Source: Lytechinus pictus (Eukaryota). Taken from it: a stretch of 64,000 bases of DNA. Shown here piece after piece: positions 26,806 to 40,558 of the stretch; position 1 is the first letter of the stretch; each line of letters opens with the position of its first letter. The translations under genes were made by a program, and so were the position numbers. The stretch lies in assembly GCF_037042905.1 (NCBI RefSeq), contig NC_087252.1, forward strand, positions 8,930,001-8,994,000, given 5' to 3'. Below the pieces are notes generated by a model. That model was not told the DNA's origin, searched no databases, and was given only the letters and a program-made list of their open reading frames with translations.

Positions 26806-28141
26806 TAAACTCATCATTTACGTATTTATATTTGTATCCGGTGGGTGTATACTAACAATAGTGTCCACTGATGGGGGGGGGGGTGGATCGGTCAATTGCA
26901 TTCATTACCTGTATTGATGTGTGTAATGAGTGGGATGATGAGCCAACAATTTGGATAAAAAATGAATACGTAAACCAAAATATAGAAGGGTTTTTTCTCC
27001 TTTCACAGATTGGATCCATTTCATTCCAAAAGACATCAGAACCCCGTCTCATAAAGACTTGTTATAATAACAAATGTAATCATTTCTAGAAAAAGTTTAC
27101 TTTCAGCTAATCAAATTGATGGTTTTCACAGGTTTTAAATTGTTCTAAATTTATTATCATAACAAGTTTTATGAAATGGGCCCCAGGGTAATCGGTAAAC
27201 CAGTTTCCGGGAAAATAACAGAAAGTAGCAAGATTTAAATCAGCAAGAATTTGGGAAACTCTCTCCTTTACGAAATAAGTACAAACTGGGAAGGTGAGAG
27301 AGAGAGGGGGTGGGGGTATTTCGATGTTTCTGAACGCAGTATCCGCCACGAGGTCCTATCTAAGTTGTCATCAAGATTTAATGCCCTGCATACTTCCACA
27401 TGCTTGTATCATCGGTATTCCTGTATCACAGCGATAAACTCCATTTCTAGCTTTTAAAATCCCCCTTTTAATCTACTACATTATGAGATCTGTGTTATAG
27501 CAGGGAACTTTTACCTTACTCGCACCCCCCCCCCGAGTCATCTCCCACCCCCCCCCCCTTCTGGCCACTCACGGTATTACATTGCGTACAGATTGGATTT
27601 TGGTTAAATAGATTTAATTCATATAGCACTGGATAATTAATGTTCAAAAGATGACACAAGAATGTCTTAAAAGAAATAAACCCATAAACGTGTAAATAAA
27701 ACTATATAAAAAATATTGATCATTAATGTCTTTATACACACTAAGCATACTACACGGTGTGTCATTGTATGGAGTCTGTGTGTGCATACATATGTATTAA
27801 ACATGTTTGATAGAGAGAGGTTCATTTTTTTTTTCAATCCGTGCAAAGTGGTCCCTGTAGCTTTCTGGGCCACTGATTTATTTAGATCCAAAATGCATGT
27901 TTGTACTGTGACCTATCTGAAGCATTTCATATACTTTTCAGACAATAACCTCTGTTGGTCTCAGATGTTATAGCACACAAACACAATGAACACGCTGTTT
28001 TTATTGTCTATATGTACTACATGAACTTTACAGTAAATTATATTTAAACAGATTAAACAAGTGTTCAAAACCTGAAACAGCAAAGATTATTCCTTAATAT
28101 TCATTTCTCAATAAATTAGGCATGGTTGTGTAAACTGTTAA

Positions 28142-28615
28142 AGGAAAGCTCCGGGCTGAAAATAGTTATATCTCAATAAAGAGAGTAAAATTCAAAGAGC
28201 AAAATGCTGAAAATCAAAGTCGGATAACAAAAAACAAAGTTATTAACAACGATTTGTATTATTCGGGTGAAACAGTGCTAGGCATGTCTTCATGAATATT
28301 TAATAGGTGGGCTGATGATGTCACATCCCCACTTGTTCTTTTGCATTCTTGCTGCAACTTATTTCATAATAATGGAGGCACACTGCTCATTTATGAAAAA
28401 ATTGAACAATTACGATTTCATGTAATAACATAAGAAAAATGGAAAGTGGGGATGTGAAGACACGCCTAGAACTGTTTCACTGGAATAATGCAAATCATTG
28501 AAATTGAATAACTTTCTTTTTTTATTATCCGATTTTGATGAAATTTTTAGCATTTTGCTTTGTGAATTTTACTCTATTTTTTAGATATAAATATTTTCAG
28601 CCCCGGAGCATCCCT
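28142..28615. mobile_element. Kolobok-like (TTAA/AGG) MITE
   Basis: TTAA|AGGAAAGCTCCGGGCTGAAAATA...TATTTTCAGCCCCGGAGCATCCCT|TTAA, with a palindromic body. Confidence 0.82.
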
Positions 28616-31600
28616 TTAAACAAGTATGGTTCAAATTGTAAACAGAGTTATATACAATTTTTAACAGCGTTTTACTGTGTAAAGTAGATATTATGAAGCT
28701 ACACATCCCATGCTGAATTTCATTTGGGTTTATTTTAATTTCATGCTGCCTCGTGTACTTGATACATACCTTTAAAACATGGATAACTATACATGTTATA
28801 CTTCATACATAGTATATAGTATGCATACAGAGTGTGTACTGCAGCTAGATATCCACACTAAAAACCAATCGCATACAATACTTTTTCTTCTTTTAGGACG
28901 ATATGCCTTTAACGTCGCTCTTCAATGGTGAAGAAGAAACGATTTTTTTGCATCCAAACATACAAAAAGGAAACGTCAACCTGGAATGTGAACTGAGATT
29001 CATCTTTTATATTTGATAAATAGTATTGATCATTAATTATAATGATTTTGTGAATCAGATAAAGTTAGGTGAATCGCTGATATTTCAATTAATCATAATC
29101 TTTAGCAGGTGAAGAAAAAAAAGAATCGTTGAAAATCGAATTTCGCACATACAAACAAAATTTGATATAATTCTCTTTTAAGAACCTTTCCAATTAACGA
29201 CTAGGACTCGTATCCAGAAATATATATCAAATAAATTTAGAGTGTGGATCCATAATTGACCGTTCAATATGCTTAGAAAAAATAATCCTCAATCTGGAAC
29301 ATGCAAAGAAGCAGTGGAAATTTAACCTTAATTGAATTATATAATTCCGTCTCCCAGCGCCAAAACCAACAGGTGGGACATGTACAATAAGGGCAGGTGA
29401 CATTTACATGCAATTTATTTATCATTGAGATATCATGAATTTCTATTTAAAGTCGTACGGATTTAAGTTTTAACCAGCATATAACGACATACGTAGGCCA
29501 TGGCCAGTCGTTTTTTAATTCCATTTCTCGATATCAAATATCAAGAACTGCGCTTTGGTAAATAATGATTATTCATATAAAGAATCTGAATACCTATATC
29601 TCTTTCGCTTTGCCCTTGATTGCTAAGCCATTTATATAACATGTGTAATGACTATGGATTTGGTATTGGCAATAATCACTGATGTTTGGCACGTAACTTC
29701 CTAAATCTTCTATTCTGAACCTAATTAAAAGATATTGTGGCCAATTATGATAAAATCGTCTTCTTAACCTTTTAAATTAGGAAATTTCTTTTCGCCCCCA
29801 AAATGTAATTATATTTTCGCTTTTGTCATACCCACGTCAACGATTGAGTCTGATTAAAAATCATTTAGTATTGATCCATCTGAACTTTTATCGAGGATTT
29901 TGGCAAATTAATGACTCCATCAAAACAAAATTAGAACCCTAAAGATGAAAATTCCGATTGTATTCAATAAGCTCAATAAAGGCATTTAGACGCCTGTTTG
30001 TACTTGAAATAAATTCAATTGAAGTGAATGAAAATCTCTTTTTCATTCAAAAAAAAGAACATAATATTTTCCTTTTTTAACGATCTTAGATACATCCCTT
30101 AGAACGCAATTTCGTTTCATTATTCTCCTTCGAAGAAACGACTATTAAGTTTCATTTAATTTATAAGTACACCATCTTAGATAATGTGATTCTCTATGGC
30201 CGATTCATGGACAGTGGCTTGCTGATTCATATTTTCCTGTTTATTTCGAGCAACGTCAATTAAAGACGTCATGAAAACAGCCGTGTTCACTCTGCTACTC
30301 CTTTTTATCTATGTTTCTGCTTCCCTCTGTGCCTTTTATTTCCTTTTCACTTACCCCAACCTAATGATCCCCTTGCTTCGCACCCCCCCCCCCTCACATA
30401 CCCTCTTCCGATCCTGGGTCCCGTTTTATAAACAGTTGTTATAGTAACAAATGTAACAATTGTATAACCACTTTACCATCAGCCAGTCAAATCAAATGAT
30501 TTCAATAGCTTTAAACAGTTATTGCAAATTTGTTGTTATAGCAAAGGATTATCGGCATCTCCTTCCTCTATCGTTCCTTTTTTTTATTTCTCCCTTTTAT
30601 GTTGTTATGCTTCTTCTTAATCTTCTCCTTCTTAATCCTCTTTCCACTACCCCCCCCCCCCCCAAGGAACACGAATTATAAATATTCTCTCATATAATAT
30701 TGAAATACAATGAAAGAACTAACATTCAAGATAAATTTCGAGTGACATTTTTTATTTCCCCCCCAAACCTTGAATATGTTGAACATCTTCTTATAAAGAC
30801 ATATCCTATAATTATTTTGCTTTCATTATCAAATAATTACTTCCAACTCTATCTAGAGTATAAAGTTATTCTGAGAGATATAAAGTATATTGCTCAGACA
30901 ACGAAATTGTATGGAAGCAATCACCCGTTAACATTGTTGATATAATACGAACCAAGTAGACACATTTAATTTCTCACTTCTTTGTCAGCAACTGATAACA
31001 AAAATAAAATACTCCTCTTATCTATCTAGGAGTGTGAAGAATAACAACTTTCCTTGGTCAAAGTTGAACAGAAATATATTATTAGTGTGAACACATCACC
31101 CAAGACGGAAATATTCATTACAGTCACGGGAAATACAAGAGCCTCTAAACTCAAATCAATAAATATACATATGAATGGTCAATGCAACTAACATCTACAT
31201 CCGCCTTTAGCTTTTAATTCTAGTTCTTTTTATTTTGAGCAGGCAGCCGTGTATCTGTTTTTCCGCACTGATTTAGGCTTGCTGTTTTTAGAACGCTAAT
31301 TACTCATTAAGCGAAGTGCCTTGTTCTCCGATATTTTTGAAATATAACAGAGAAATCATCATCATTACGGGTATATAATCATGACAAAGTAATCGTATGA
31401 ATTCCATTGTGACCAAAGAAGTTTGAATTCCTTGATCCCCTTTCCTTTGCTAATTACACACCTGTCTGTATTATTTAATTATATTTAATTATTTGAATGC
31501 CAAGAATTTTGCATACTTTCTTCGCTACAATCATTATATTCAACGATGGTGATATGTGCTCAGTGAGGAGTCGGCACTTTCATGACTTTATGCAATATTT

Positions 31601-32405
31601 ACAAATTCAAAGCAAGTAACACAGAATATAGGGCGTCTAGCTCCCCTCTCTCGACGTAAAAAGGGGTTGAACCTAGCACCAAGGTAAGTGATTTGATGCT
31701 TTCGCGGAGCATGCTATTGTAATCTTGTGAAGGATGTGAATGTAGCGAAAATCGGGAAAAATTGCAGTCTTGCAGGCGAACATTTAGTTTTTTTTCAAAG
31801 ATAGCCAGAGACCCGGGTTTAAAGTGGCATTAGATATTCGCGCATTTGCATTTTATTCATTCATTTTTTTCGAGGGGGGATTAGTTAATATAAAAAAACG
31901 ACATATTTGTATCTTTTCGTCAGCTCCGAAATTTTTCAGACGAAACTGCTGTTCCGTTTCACCAATGTTTGACGAAGACCGCTACGCTGTTCATTGTCAT
32001 TTGACGGACATTTTGCAATACATTTACTGCGTTCTTGGATTTGTTCTGCGTCGCGTTTGTGAAAACTGCCTATTTCCAGCAAATCACAGAAGGAAATGCA
32101 ATTTTCTGTAATGTATTTAAGATCTGAAACGCCTGTTTGAATTTGGCAGCTTTGTCGAATCGATATCGTGGCTTAAGGAAATGGAGTTGACAAATTGGGG
32201 CGCAAATAAATCGGGAAAGGTTATTGTTTTGCTTGTTTCCTGGCAAAATGATGCAAATAAAAGGATATCTTTCCAGGATTAAACAAGTGGATTTCCAAGT
32301 CAGTCCTGTATATGAAAGTTTAAATATGCATCTTTATAAACATGGTGTGCATTTCCAGTTAATTCTAGGGAATGGCTTACCGTTGCCGCCAAAATATTAA
32401 AGCTA

Positions 32406-32699
32406 CACTGTTAGAAAATTTATCCTTAAAATAAAAGAATTTCCTGCAGCAGAGTCTCGAGAATTTTACCAGATCTCGAGGATACCTGTAATCTTACATT
32501 ATATCATGTAAAATTACATTATTTGGTGTATGGAACCTTACAAATTTCCTTAAATAAAACACAATGTTCCCCTTTTTAAACAGACCTATTCTGTTAATTA
32601 GTAGCCAAATTCCTGTTTTATGAATTTACAGAATGATTCTGTTATTGCTTTCTGCAAAATCTTGTTTTTTTCTGTAAAATGAGGGGTTTTTAAACAGTG
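32406..32699. mobile_element. CACT-terminus MITE
   Basis: TA|CACTGTTAGAAA...TTTTAAACAGTG|TA. Confidence 0.7.
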
Positions 32700-33699
32700 T
32701 AGACTAATTGAAGCCTGTCTATAGCTTGCTAAAGATTCAGCAACGTGTAAACTATTACACTTTAGTATCATCTATCATTCTTAAAGAGATTTTAAGGGGA
32801 CCGTTGAATATTTGTTCATCCCTATTTATTTATTTTTCTTTCTTTTCTTTTCTTTCTTTCAATTTTCAGCACGAACCTCTCTCCCCCTCTCCAACCCCTC
32901 TTTCTCACCCACTCCCTCTTTGTAGGCCTATGTTTTTTTTATCATGTTTTGTATGTAATTTTTATATCCTGTGTTTCGATATCGTCTGCAATATTAGCTT
33001 TTAGAATACAAGTCCAAACCTTTATTTGACAAATATCGTTATTACATAACTGTAAAGAAAGAAAGAGCATGAAGAAGTGAATGAGTGAGTGAGTGAGGGG
33101 GTCTTCACAATAACATCAGTGATTAAGCCAAAATGGGTACATCCCTTTGTTTAATAGAACACGGATAATTGCTTTTAAGACATTCGGGTAAGGATAACCC
33201 CCGTTTCTATACTCATATGTGTCAAACCTTTCTTGGTAGAAGATGAAAATGTTCCGTCGGGTAAAAGGGTGCAGCTTGATAAAACTGTATTCCTTATATA
33301 CTGGTCCCGATTGCATAAGAGAAACCAAACGCTTTAAACGTAATGTTATTAACGTAAAAAAAACGAAAGACAATCGGAGGCGCTCGCTGTTTTTTTATCA
33401 AGGGACGCCATTTGTTAGGTAACATGTTGTTCATGAATATGTCAAGTAGACTCACAACACCAAAACCAGCCCCCCCCCCCCCAACAACGCGAAAGGTAAA
33501 ATACTCCCATTTTATTTTTTGTCATGACATCATTCGAGACCTACGCCATCTTAGGTCTCAAAAAAGTAAAATGTGGCTTACTTTTGCTATCACCGACCCC
33601 ATTCTATATTAATTTTTGAGAGCAACGGTCTCTGAATACACCCCTCCTCCCTCAACAAAATAAAAAACATGCCCTCTGAATTTTCTAAAAGAGCCCCAC

Positions 33700-33920
33700 T
33701 CACTCGAGTGAATAAAGTGAGTGCGCTTTAAAACATCCGTATAAAGCGCCCTATGAATGTTTATCATTATTGGTATTATTATTATTAGTATTATTTTTAT
33801 CATTATTACTCATTTTATTATTAATAGTAATATTGTTATTGTAATTATTATTAATATTATCAGTAATATTTTCATTATTATTATCATTTATATTATCATT
33901 ATTATTATTATAATTATCAC
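33700..33920 (+). repeat. SINE/LINE 3' tail with degenerate (ATT)n microsatellite
   Basis: GCGCTTT...AAGCGCCCTATGAATG followed by ~150 bp of ATT repeats. Confidence 0.65.
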
Positions 33921-35272
33921 CTGATGGAGAGGTCATAAGGGAAGAAGGTCATAAGGGAAAACTTTTTGAATACCATCCAAGTCTACAGATTCTACACCTT
34001 GCGGGCAACAACACCCCCTCCCGTTTCGCCAGCAGTGAATACATCTAGCCAGGGAGGCCCATGAAAATATCAACTGTTTATTACCATGATCTCTCAAGAA
34101 ATTCGTTAAATACATGTGAAAGGGCAACCTTAACATGACGAATATCTCGCTGAGCTTAAAAGTGTAAGGTGGAGATGTTCGCAGTTCTAAAGGATTATCC
34201 CTTCATGGGGGTGTTTCGTTGGATGAGTCAAGACCCCTTTCCTGCGCTCGTCTAGATTATCCTTCAAGAAATGTTCAATTAATTTCCTTTCTGTGCTGTA
34301 GATTCAATACAACAAAACCGTTAAGGTATTCGAATCACCCCTTAAAGATGTACATGGTACATGATATTACTTTGCACCACGAATAACCGTATTGATTAAA
34401 GGAGCGGCGCCGAGGGGGGGGGGGGGCGACCGCCTCTCCAATTTGTTTTTCAAACAGTGAAACAAAAGGGGGAGGCGGAGAAACAAATCAATAACGGGGA
34501 GAAAAACAAAACAAAAAATATAAGTGAACTAAGAGTGATCTTGCCTTTAATTCAATTGAAAAAAGTCGCATCTTGGTCGCCTTGCCCCCCCCCCCCCCCT
34601 GCCTCCCCTATCAAAATAAAGACTTGTTATAAAAACAAATCATTTCTATAAGAGGTTTACTATCAGCCATTCAAATAGATTTATTTCAGTAGCTTTTAGC
34701 TGTATTAGTCAATTTCTTTAATAGAAAAAGGTTTATGAAACGGGCCCATTAAATGACTGACAAAATAAGCAGAAAATCGGCAAGACTCCTTGGTCTTTTC
34801 ATAATATTGTAAAGTAGGCCTAAGTTTGGCTATTGAAATGAATTCTGGAGCATATATTATGACAATAATGGTTGAGTTTTGTTGATTTGAGAATGGCGAC
34901 TTGGTCATTAATGGATTAAGAAGAAGACGTTCTCTATAAATAGAACCAGAACGTACTATATTCACACCATAACAATCGCAATCACAATCGTTTCATCTTT
35001 AAGAGATTATATTTTTTTTGTTCAGACGGCAATTCTAGGTAGATCTCCTTAAACTCCTGTCAGAGTGATTCTGAAAAAAAAATACTTTTTGAAGCCACAA
35101 GCGTTATGGAAGGAAATGAGTTTATGTGGTGGGAACCAGTTGCATTTGAATTAATGTACATGCATCGTCTAGTAGAATGGACGTCACCCCCCCCCCCCTC
35201 ACCCTATGACATCCGTAACTACAGCATCTATGTCATTTGGTTCTATAACTCCCTCATGTCTGGTATGTATTT

Positions 35273-35380
35273 CAGGAGCCGTGTGCAAAAACGTAAAAAT
35301 GACCATAAGATTGTGATTTTGTGCATGGTCAACCACCCCCCCCCCCCCCCCCCACTTTGGAAACCGTTCCGCAGCCCCTG
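35273..35380 (-). mobile_element. Short CAGG-terminus MITE with 5-bp TSD, reverse copy of 61782-61932
   Basis: TATTT|CAGGAGCCG...CGCAGCCCCTG|TATTT. Confidence 0.72.
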
Positions 35381-36635
35381 TATTTAGCTATGTTTTCTTT
35401 AGGTATGATTATTTCATTGTATTTTTCGTATCAATAATGACAAACGACGTAATGAGCCAAGAAATTGGATGTGGTCAGACATAGCGTATTGGATAAGATT
35501 TATAAAATGTCGCGAGGAAGCAAAGCGAGCAAGCCAAAGGAAAAAAAAAACAGATACGAAAATATAATTTCGTGACAGATTTTGACATAATATTCAGAAA
35601 CTAATATTGCATTTCAATTTTTTCTCTTCTGTCGTTTCTTTTCCTTTTTCCCCCTGGCTAGTTCGTGAAAATTGCTTTTAAGATGCCAGGACAAGGAAAT
35701 CACATGATGAGGCGATAGAAGAAGCATTCATGAGGAGGTGTTAATTACATGTACTAGGAGAGGAATTAATAGTGTCTATGTCACATTGGTCATGGTTTGT
35801 TGAATCATCGAGGGGGGGGGGTCGTGTACAGCATTTTAATCTAAACGCATGTACTGATGGACCAAGATAAAATCATGACTGGACAGAAGCAGTGGTGTGA
35901 TGATTTTTTTTTTCCTTTTAAAGGGGGCCAGACATGGCCTATCGGGCAGGATTTGTCATGAGTTGAAAGATAGGCGGAGCAATCCAGCTTTCTTGTGTCC
36001 TTTTTAAGACAATAATTTGATTTATGTGATATTGACATATATTCAGAAAATCATAATATATGTCACCGTTTTCCCCTTCCTTGTTTCTTTCATTTTCTCT
36101 CTTTTTTCTTCTTGCTGGTGGAAATGTGACAATTTGTTGAGGAAAGAACACGTAATAATTCATGAAAATGCATTTCCTTACAGTGGATAAAGCAACCTTG
36201 ATTTACTGGTAGGCCTATACTTAGGTGACCCATTTTCCTCCAAAACCCTGAGCTATAAAGTCCATGACCCACACCCCCCCCCCCCCCTTCCCCAGCCAAA
36301 AAGAACATTACCATTTATAATATTATGTTTCCATCTCACAATGTGTGAAAGAAATTTAGGCGAATATTGGTGGATTTTGTGAATATTTCTGTTTGTACTT
36401 CTTAGTTTCTTCTCCTACACGGACGAATTTCAGTTGTCTATGTTATTAATTGTTGTCTATTTTATAGATTTGTCGTTTATCTTCTTAGCACCCCCCCCCC
36501 CTCCCCCAGTGGGCAAGGAGTGTTTTTATTATATCAAATGATAACTATCACGTATCAAATACCTCTAAAGGAGGAAAAAAATTACGTTATGGCGCAATTT
36601 GAAAAGAAATCCCAATCTTTTTTAGATAACGTTAA

Positions 36636-37232
36636 AGGGGAATCCAGCCTTGGCCATAAAATGTTGTGTTGGGAAGCAGAAAAATCAATTAAACAGAATG
36701 GTGAAAGTTTGAAAGAAATCGGACAAGCGATAAGAAAGTTATAGCTGCTTTAAAATTGAGATCACTAATACTATGTAGATTTCAAAATTGGCAACTGGTA
36801 AGTAAATTATGACAAGGGGCAAGGACAACTTTCACATAGGCCATGCACTATATTATCAGGGATTCGTGGTTTTCTCCTAAGTATCCATTCCCCTGGGGCA
36901 GTAATCTAAATATAACCCAGGTGGTATATTGTTTTTATATCCTCATAAAAGAAAAATATAATTTGAAATAAAACTTTTGGGAAAAATGACATTTTAGCCA
37001 TAATATGTATTGGAGTACATGGAAGAGTAGTCCTTGCCTTACATCACTATGACATCCCATATGAGGCCAATTTGAAGTCTCCATGGGTATAGTGATTACC
37101 ATTATTAACAACTTTTAAACAATTCATAACTTTCTTGTTGTTTGTCCAATATTGTTAAAACTTTCACCTATCAACTTGTCTGATTTTTCTTTTCCTTATA
37201 AAAACAAGTTTTTATTTGGGTTGGATTCCCCT
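36636..37232. mobile_element. Kolobok-like MITE
   Basis: TTAA|AGGGGAATCCAGCC...GGTTGGATTCCCCT|TTAA. Confidence 0.85.
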
Positions 37233-37332
37233 TTAAATGCCCATAGTTACAAAGAATAATGATTTTTACTACTATCAAAAAATCATCTCGGTATTTCCGA
37301 CTTCTCTTTTGATCAATCATTTCATCTGCCTA

Positions 37333-37446
37333 TAGTGGCGGACCGTGACCCGGAGGAGACAAAGCATTGGAGGGGCAACGCATTGTTCTCAAACAATACA
37401 GTGCCCCTCCAATGCTTTGTCTCCTCCGGGTCACGGTCCGCCACTG
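37333..37446. mobile_element. 114-bp near-perfect hairpin hAT-like MITE
   Basis: ~44 bp perfect inverted arms and 8-bp TSD TCTGCCTA/TCTGCCCA. Confidence 0.85.
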
Positions 37447-39647
37447 TCTGCCCATATATTTTTTTATCTTATGAAGAACTTTCTATTTGAGTTGGAGCCT
37501 TCCTTAATCATATTCAGGGAGCATATTTTGATTATACCCCGAAAAGGCAACACTAAAAGAGCCATGTAGGTCTTAAAGTCTTGACCTAATTTGATTTCTA
37601 ATTCCAGTAAAGTGTTTTCAATTCGTGATTCTGATTTAGGTATGTATTTTTGTTGTTTTTTTGTGGCACGTATCCAAACTTTTATTTTCGTTTCCTGTTA
37701 AGGTACTGACGCCTTGTGGCAAACTTGATGAGGAGGTATTAAGAACTGAATTAAGAGAGCTGTTAAGAAGTACCCCAATTCTAAAAACATGTATTGAACG
37801 GTTTGCACGCAATGTTCTGCAGCATGACGTGACGTAATTTGGGCATTAAACTTGTATGCCAATTAAGTACCTTCTAGTTGCAAATATGTCAGATGGCAGT
37901 TGTTTATTTATATTCGTATGTTTGTGCTGTTAATATTGAAGTTTAATTCACAAGATGATAATCCTTCGCCATGCCTAAAGCCAATTTTAACGATTGGCCA
38001 ATATTGCTATCTAGTTACAATTGTAGATTTTGATGACATTATCTCAAGGACCTATCAATCGGCGAACGCATGCCTCCTTGATGTTTTAGTTAAAATTTGG
38101 GCAAGTATTTACGAGACCTTGGCGTCAATGATGTGAGTACTATCGAATACCTGGGCCCCGTCTTAAAAAGAGTTACGATTGATCCGATCATTATTTCAAA
38201 CTGCAATGGTTTTATACGTGCACACGTCACTATAGAGCCGGGGTAATAGTATGCAGCGCTTAGAATTATTTGTATTAAGCGCGATATGAATGCTGCATAT
38301 TATAATGCGATTAATTCACATGATATGCAACTAGTGATCAGATGCACGTTCTGAATCAATTTTAACTATTTACATAGTTTAGCACCTGACTTATTCTTCA
38401 ACACTTGTCTCTCTCAAAATGTTACTGATCACTAAAAATGACCATTACCGGAAAAACAACAAACGTATTTTTTTTTCAATATTCATTTAAAGCAAACAAA
38501 CAAAACAAAACGTTATTTGAATGGGCATGATATGGCCTATGGTCCAGCTTGCCACATATGGTGTAAAGAAATAAACTGTTAACATCAATAACTTTGTTGC
38601 TTGGATGGGTTTGATTTGAGCCAACCCATTTTCATTCTTTTTTTTTTGTTTGGTTTGTTTTTTATAAAAACCAACTTTGGATGACCTATACCTTTATTAC
38701 ATGTACTGTATAAGATGAGATACGATATAATAGCCATTCCTTACATATATACCAGCAGATTAGCTATTTTAAATGATGGATGGGGGGGGGGGCTAATCGC
38801 CCCCACCATTGGCAGTCATTAACAATATTAAAATAAAGAAATGTAATGTATACAAAAGTAGAGGCATTTTTTATTTTTAGATTTTTCTGTCAAAAATCTC
38901 GTAACATAAACTACATGTACCTTCATCCGAAAATGAAGGTGTTTTTTCTCCGTTTGTCAGAATAACGAAAATGCCACACCTTCTTGGAAAAAAATGCTAC
39001 CCCGCCTCTATCGATGTGAAAAAAACACGAAAAGCCTCTTCGTGAACAGGTGAAGCCCACTGGTTGTGTACTGCCCTCCTATATTTAAACACCATACTGT
39101 CATGTAGAACAAGATGATTTCCATCTTCAACACTGTTAAATGATGTTTAAACCATTAAAATACATTACAAAATTGTATGGTGCTATCAGAAGGACCTTTG
39201 AATTTAGACAATGCTAAAAACATTTAGACTCGGAACAAGACTGAGAATGATCGTATCCATTCCGCCACCGTCATCGATTCTGCACATCTACCAACTTGAC
39301 CCCCAGCCCATGTGTCTCTGTATCTTAGTCTTTTACTGTTCCTTTTCTTATCTGTATTGGCTTCAAATTCTTTTTATCAATCCACCTTCAATGAAATACT
39401 CCCTTTTCTTAATAATAGTTTGATAATGCCACCCTTAAAATGTCGGAGCGTCCATTTTGACCTACACTTTAAATGAAAACGAGGCATCGATCCCGCATGG
39501 TAAACAAATTTTAGGGTCGGATGGTATAGGGGTGGGGGGGGGGCACGAGAGGACAAAATATCACCAGTGTTTATTATATACCATGCAGAGACATCAAAAT
39601 TAAATCATGAACGGGGTTATCAACAATCAAATCTCATGTACACTCAC

Positions 39648-39714
39648 CTTTTAACGTTGATAATTGCAAGAAAATGAATCCAAGATTACTCCAAGTTAAC
39701 CAATGACCGGCCAT
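39648..39714 (-). CDS. Lachesin/IgLON-like Ig adhesion protein, probable exon 1 (signal peptide MAGHWLTWSNLGFIFLQLSTLK)
   Basis: AAAATGG start context and consensus donor AAG|GTGAGT in phase 1. It joins the 13275 acceptor (G+TA=Val) to give ...LQLSTLKVFGAVVINT, a plausible signal peptide. CpG-enriched DNA lies just upstream. Not in the ORF track. Confidence 0.72.
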
Positions 39715-40380
39715 TTTTTCTCTCTCTCTATTCTCGAGTGGTCACTCTCAAAGTGTCACTTCCAACGTATGGTAAAGGACCCCTATATTTCCACATTGGG
39801 CCATCTATATGTGTCGATTATTATTAAAGAAATATATTTTCCTATTTGGCCGCCTTAGTAAGACTTGAAATGAACAGGCCCTGCGCTGCGCATGATGATG
39901 TGTGAGTGCGTGTGTTCGTGTGTGGAACGTTGAAAAGGTTCGTGAACGCGGGCGTACACCATGTTAGCGGCTAACGTTGCGAGGCTTTCATTTCCGATTG
40001 AGACAGAGTTAAGAGAGGGGGTAATGAGGGGGGCACTGCTTGGTTAAAGAGAGGGGATTCAAGCGCTAAATCGCTACTTCCTCTGACTTGATGATTTCTT
40101 GTCCGGTTTCAAAGGAAGACCACGTCCGCGAAGAAATTTCACTGATAGACCGGTGTAATGTTATTTTTAAGCAAAGAAAGCAAGACGTCTGGCTAGTTAT
40201 CAGAATAATGTTTTTATCATGTATTATGACCGTACGTTTTTTGCTAGGGAAAGCATGCAAACATTTTTTTGAATAAAAACTCGGAAGCTGCGTTCGGCCA
40301 TGTTCTGTAAGATTACAGATGTAGGTGGCCCTGACGCGAAGCTAGCAACAATCCCACCCGAACGAAGCTTAATTTATGTA
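39715..40380. promoter_or_regulatory. CpG-enriched putative 5'UTR/promoter of the lachesin-like gene, possibly bidirectional
   Basis: Unique, GC/CpG-richer sequence immediately upstream of the predicted ATG, in an otherwise AT-rich window. Confidence 0.45.
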
Positions 40381-40390
40381 TACTTATAGG

Positions 40391-40520
40391 CAGGGGCGTC
40401 GATCCATTTTACAGATGGGGGGAGGGCGAGGCAAGATCATGAGTCTCTTGAAGGCGCTCGATTGCACAAAACAAACAAACTCACACACAAACACACACAC
40501 ACACACAAATATGTGATATA

Positions 40521-40558
<38 letters not shown>

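Noticed and set aside
33751..33936. Asn-rich ORF
   Set aside because: Translation of an (ATT)n microsatellite.
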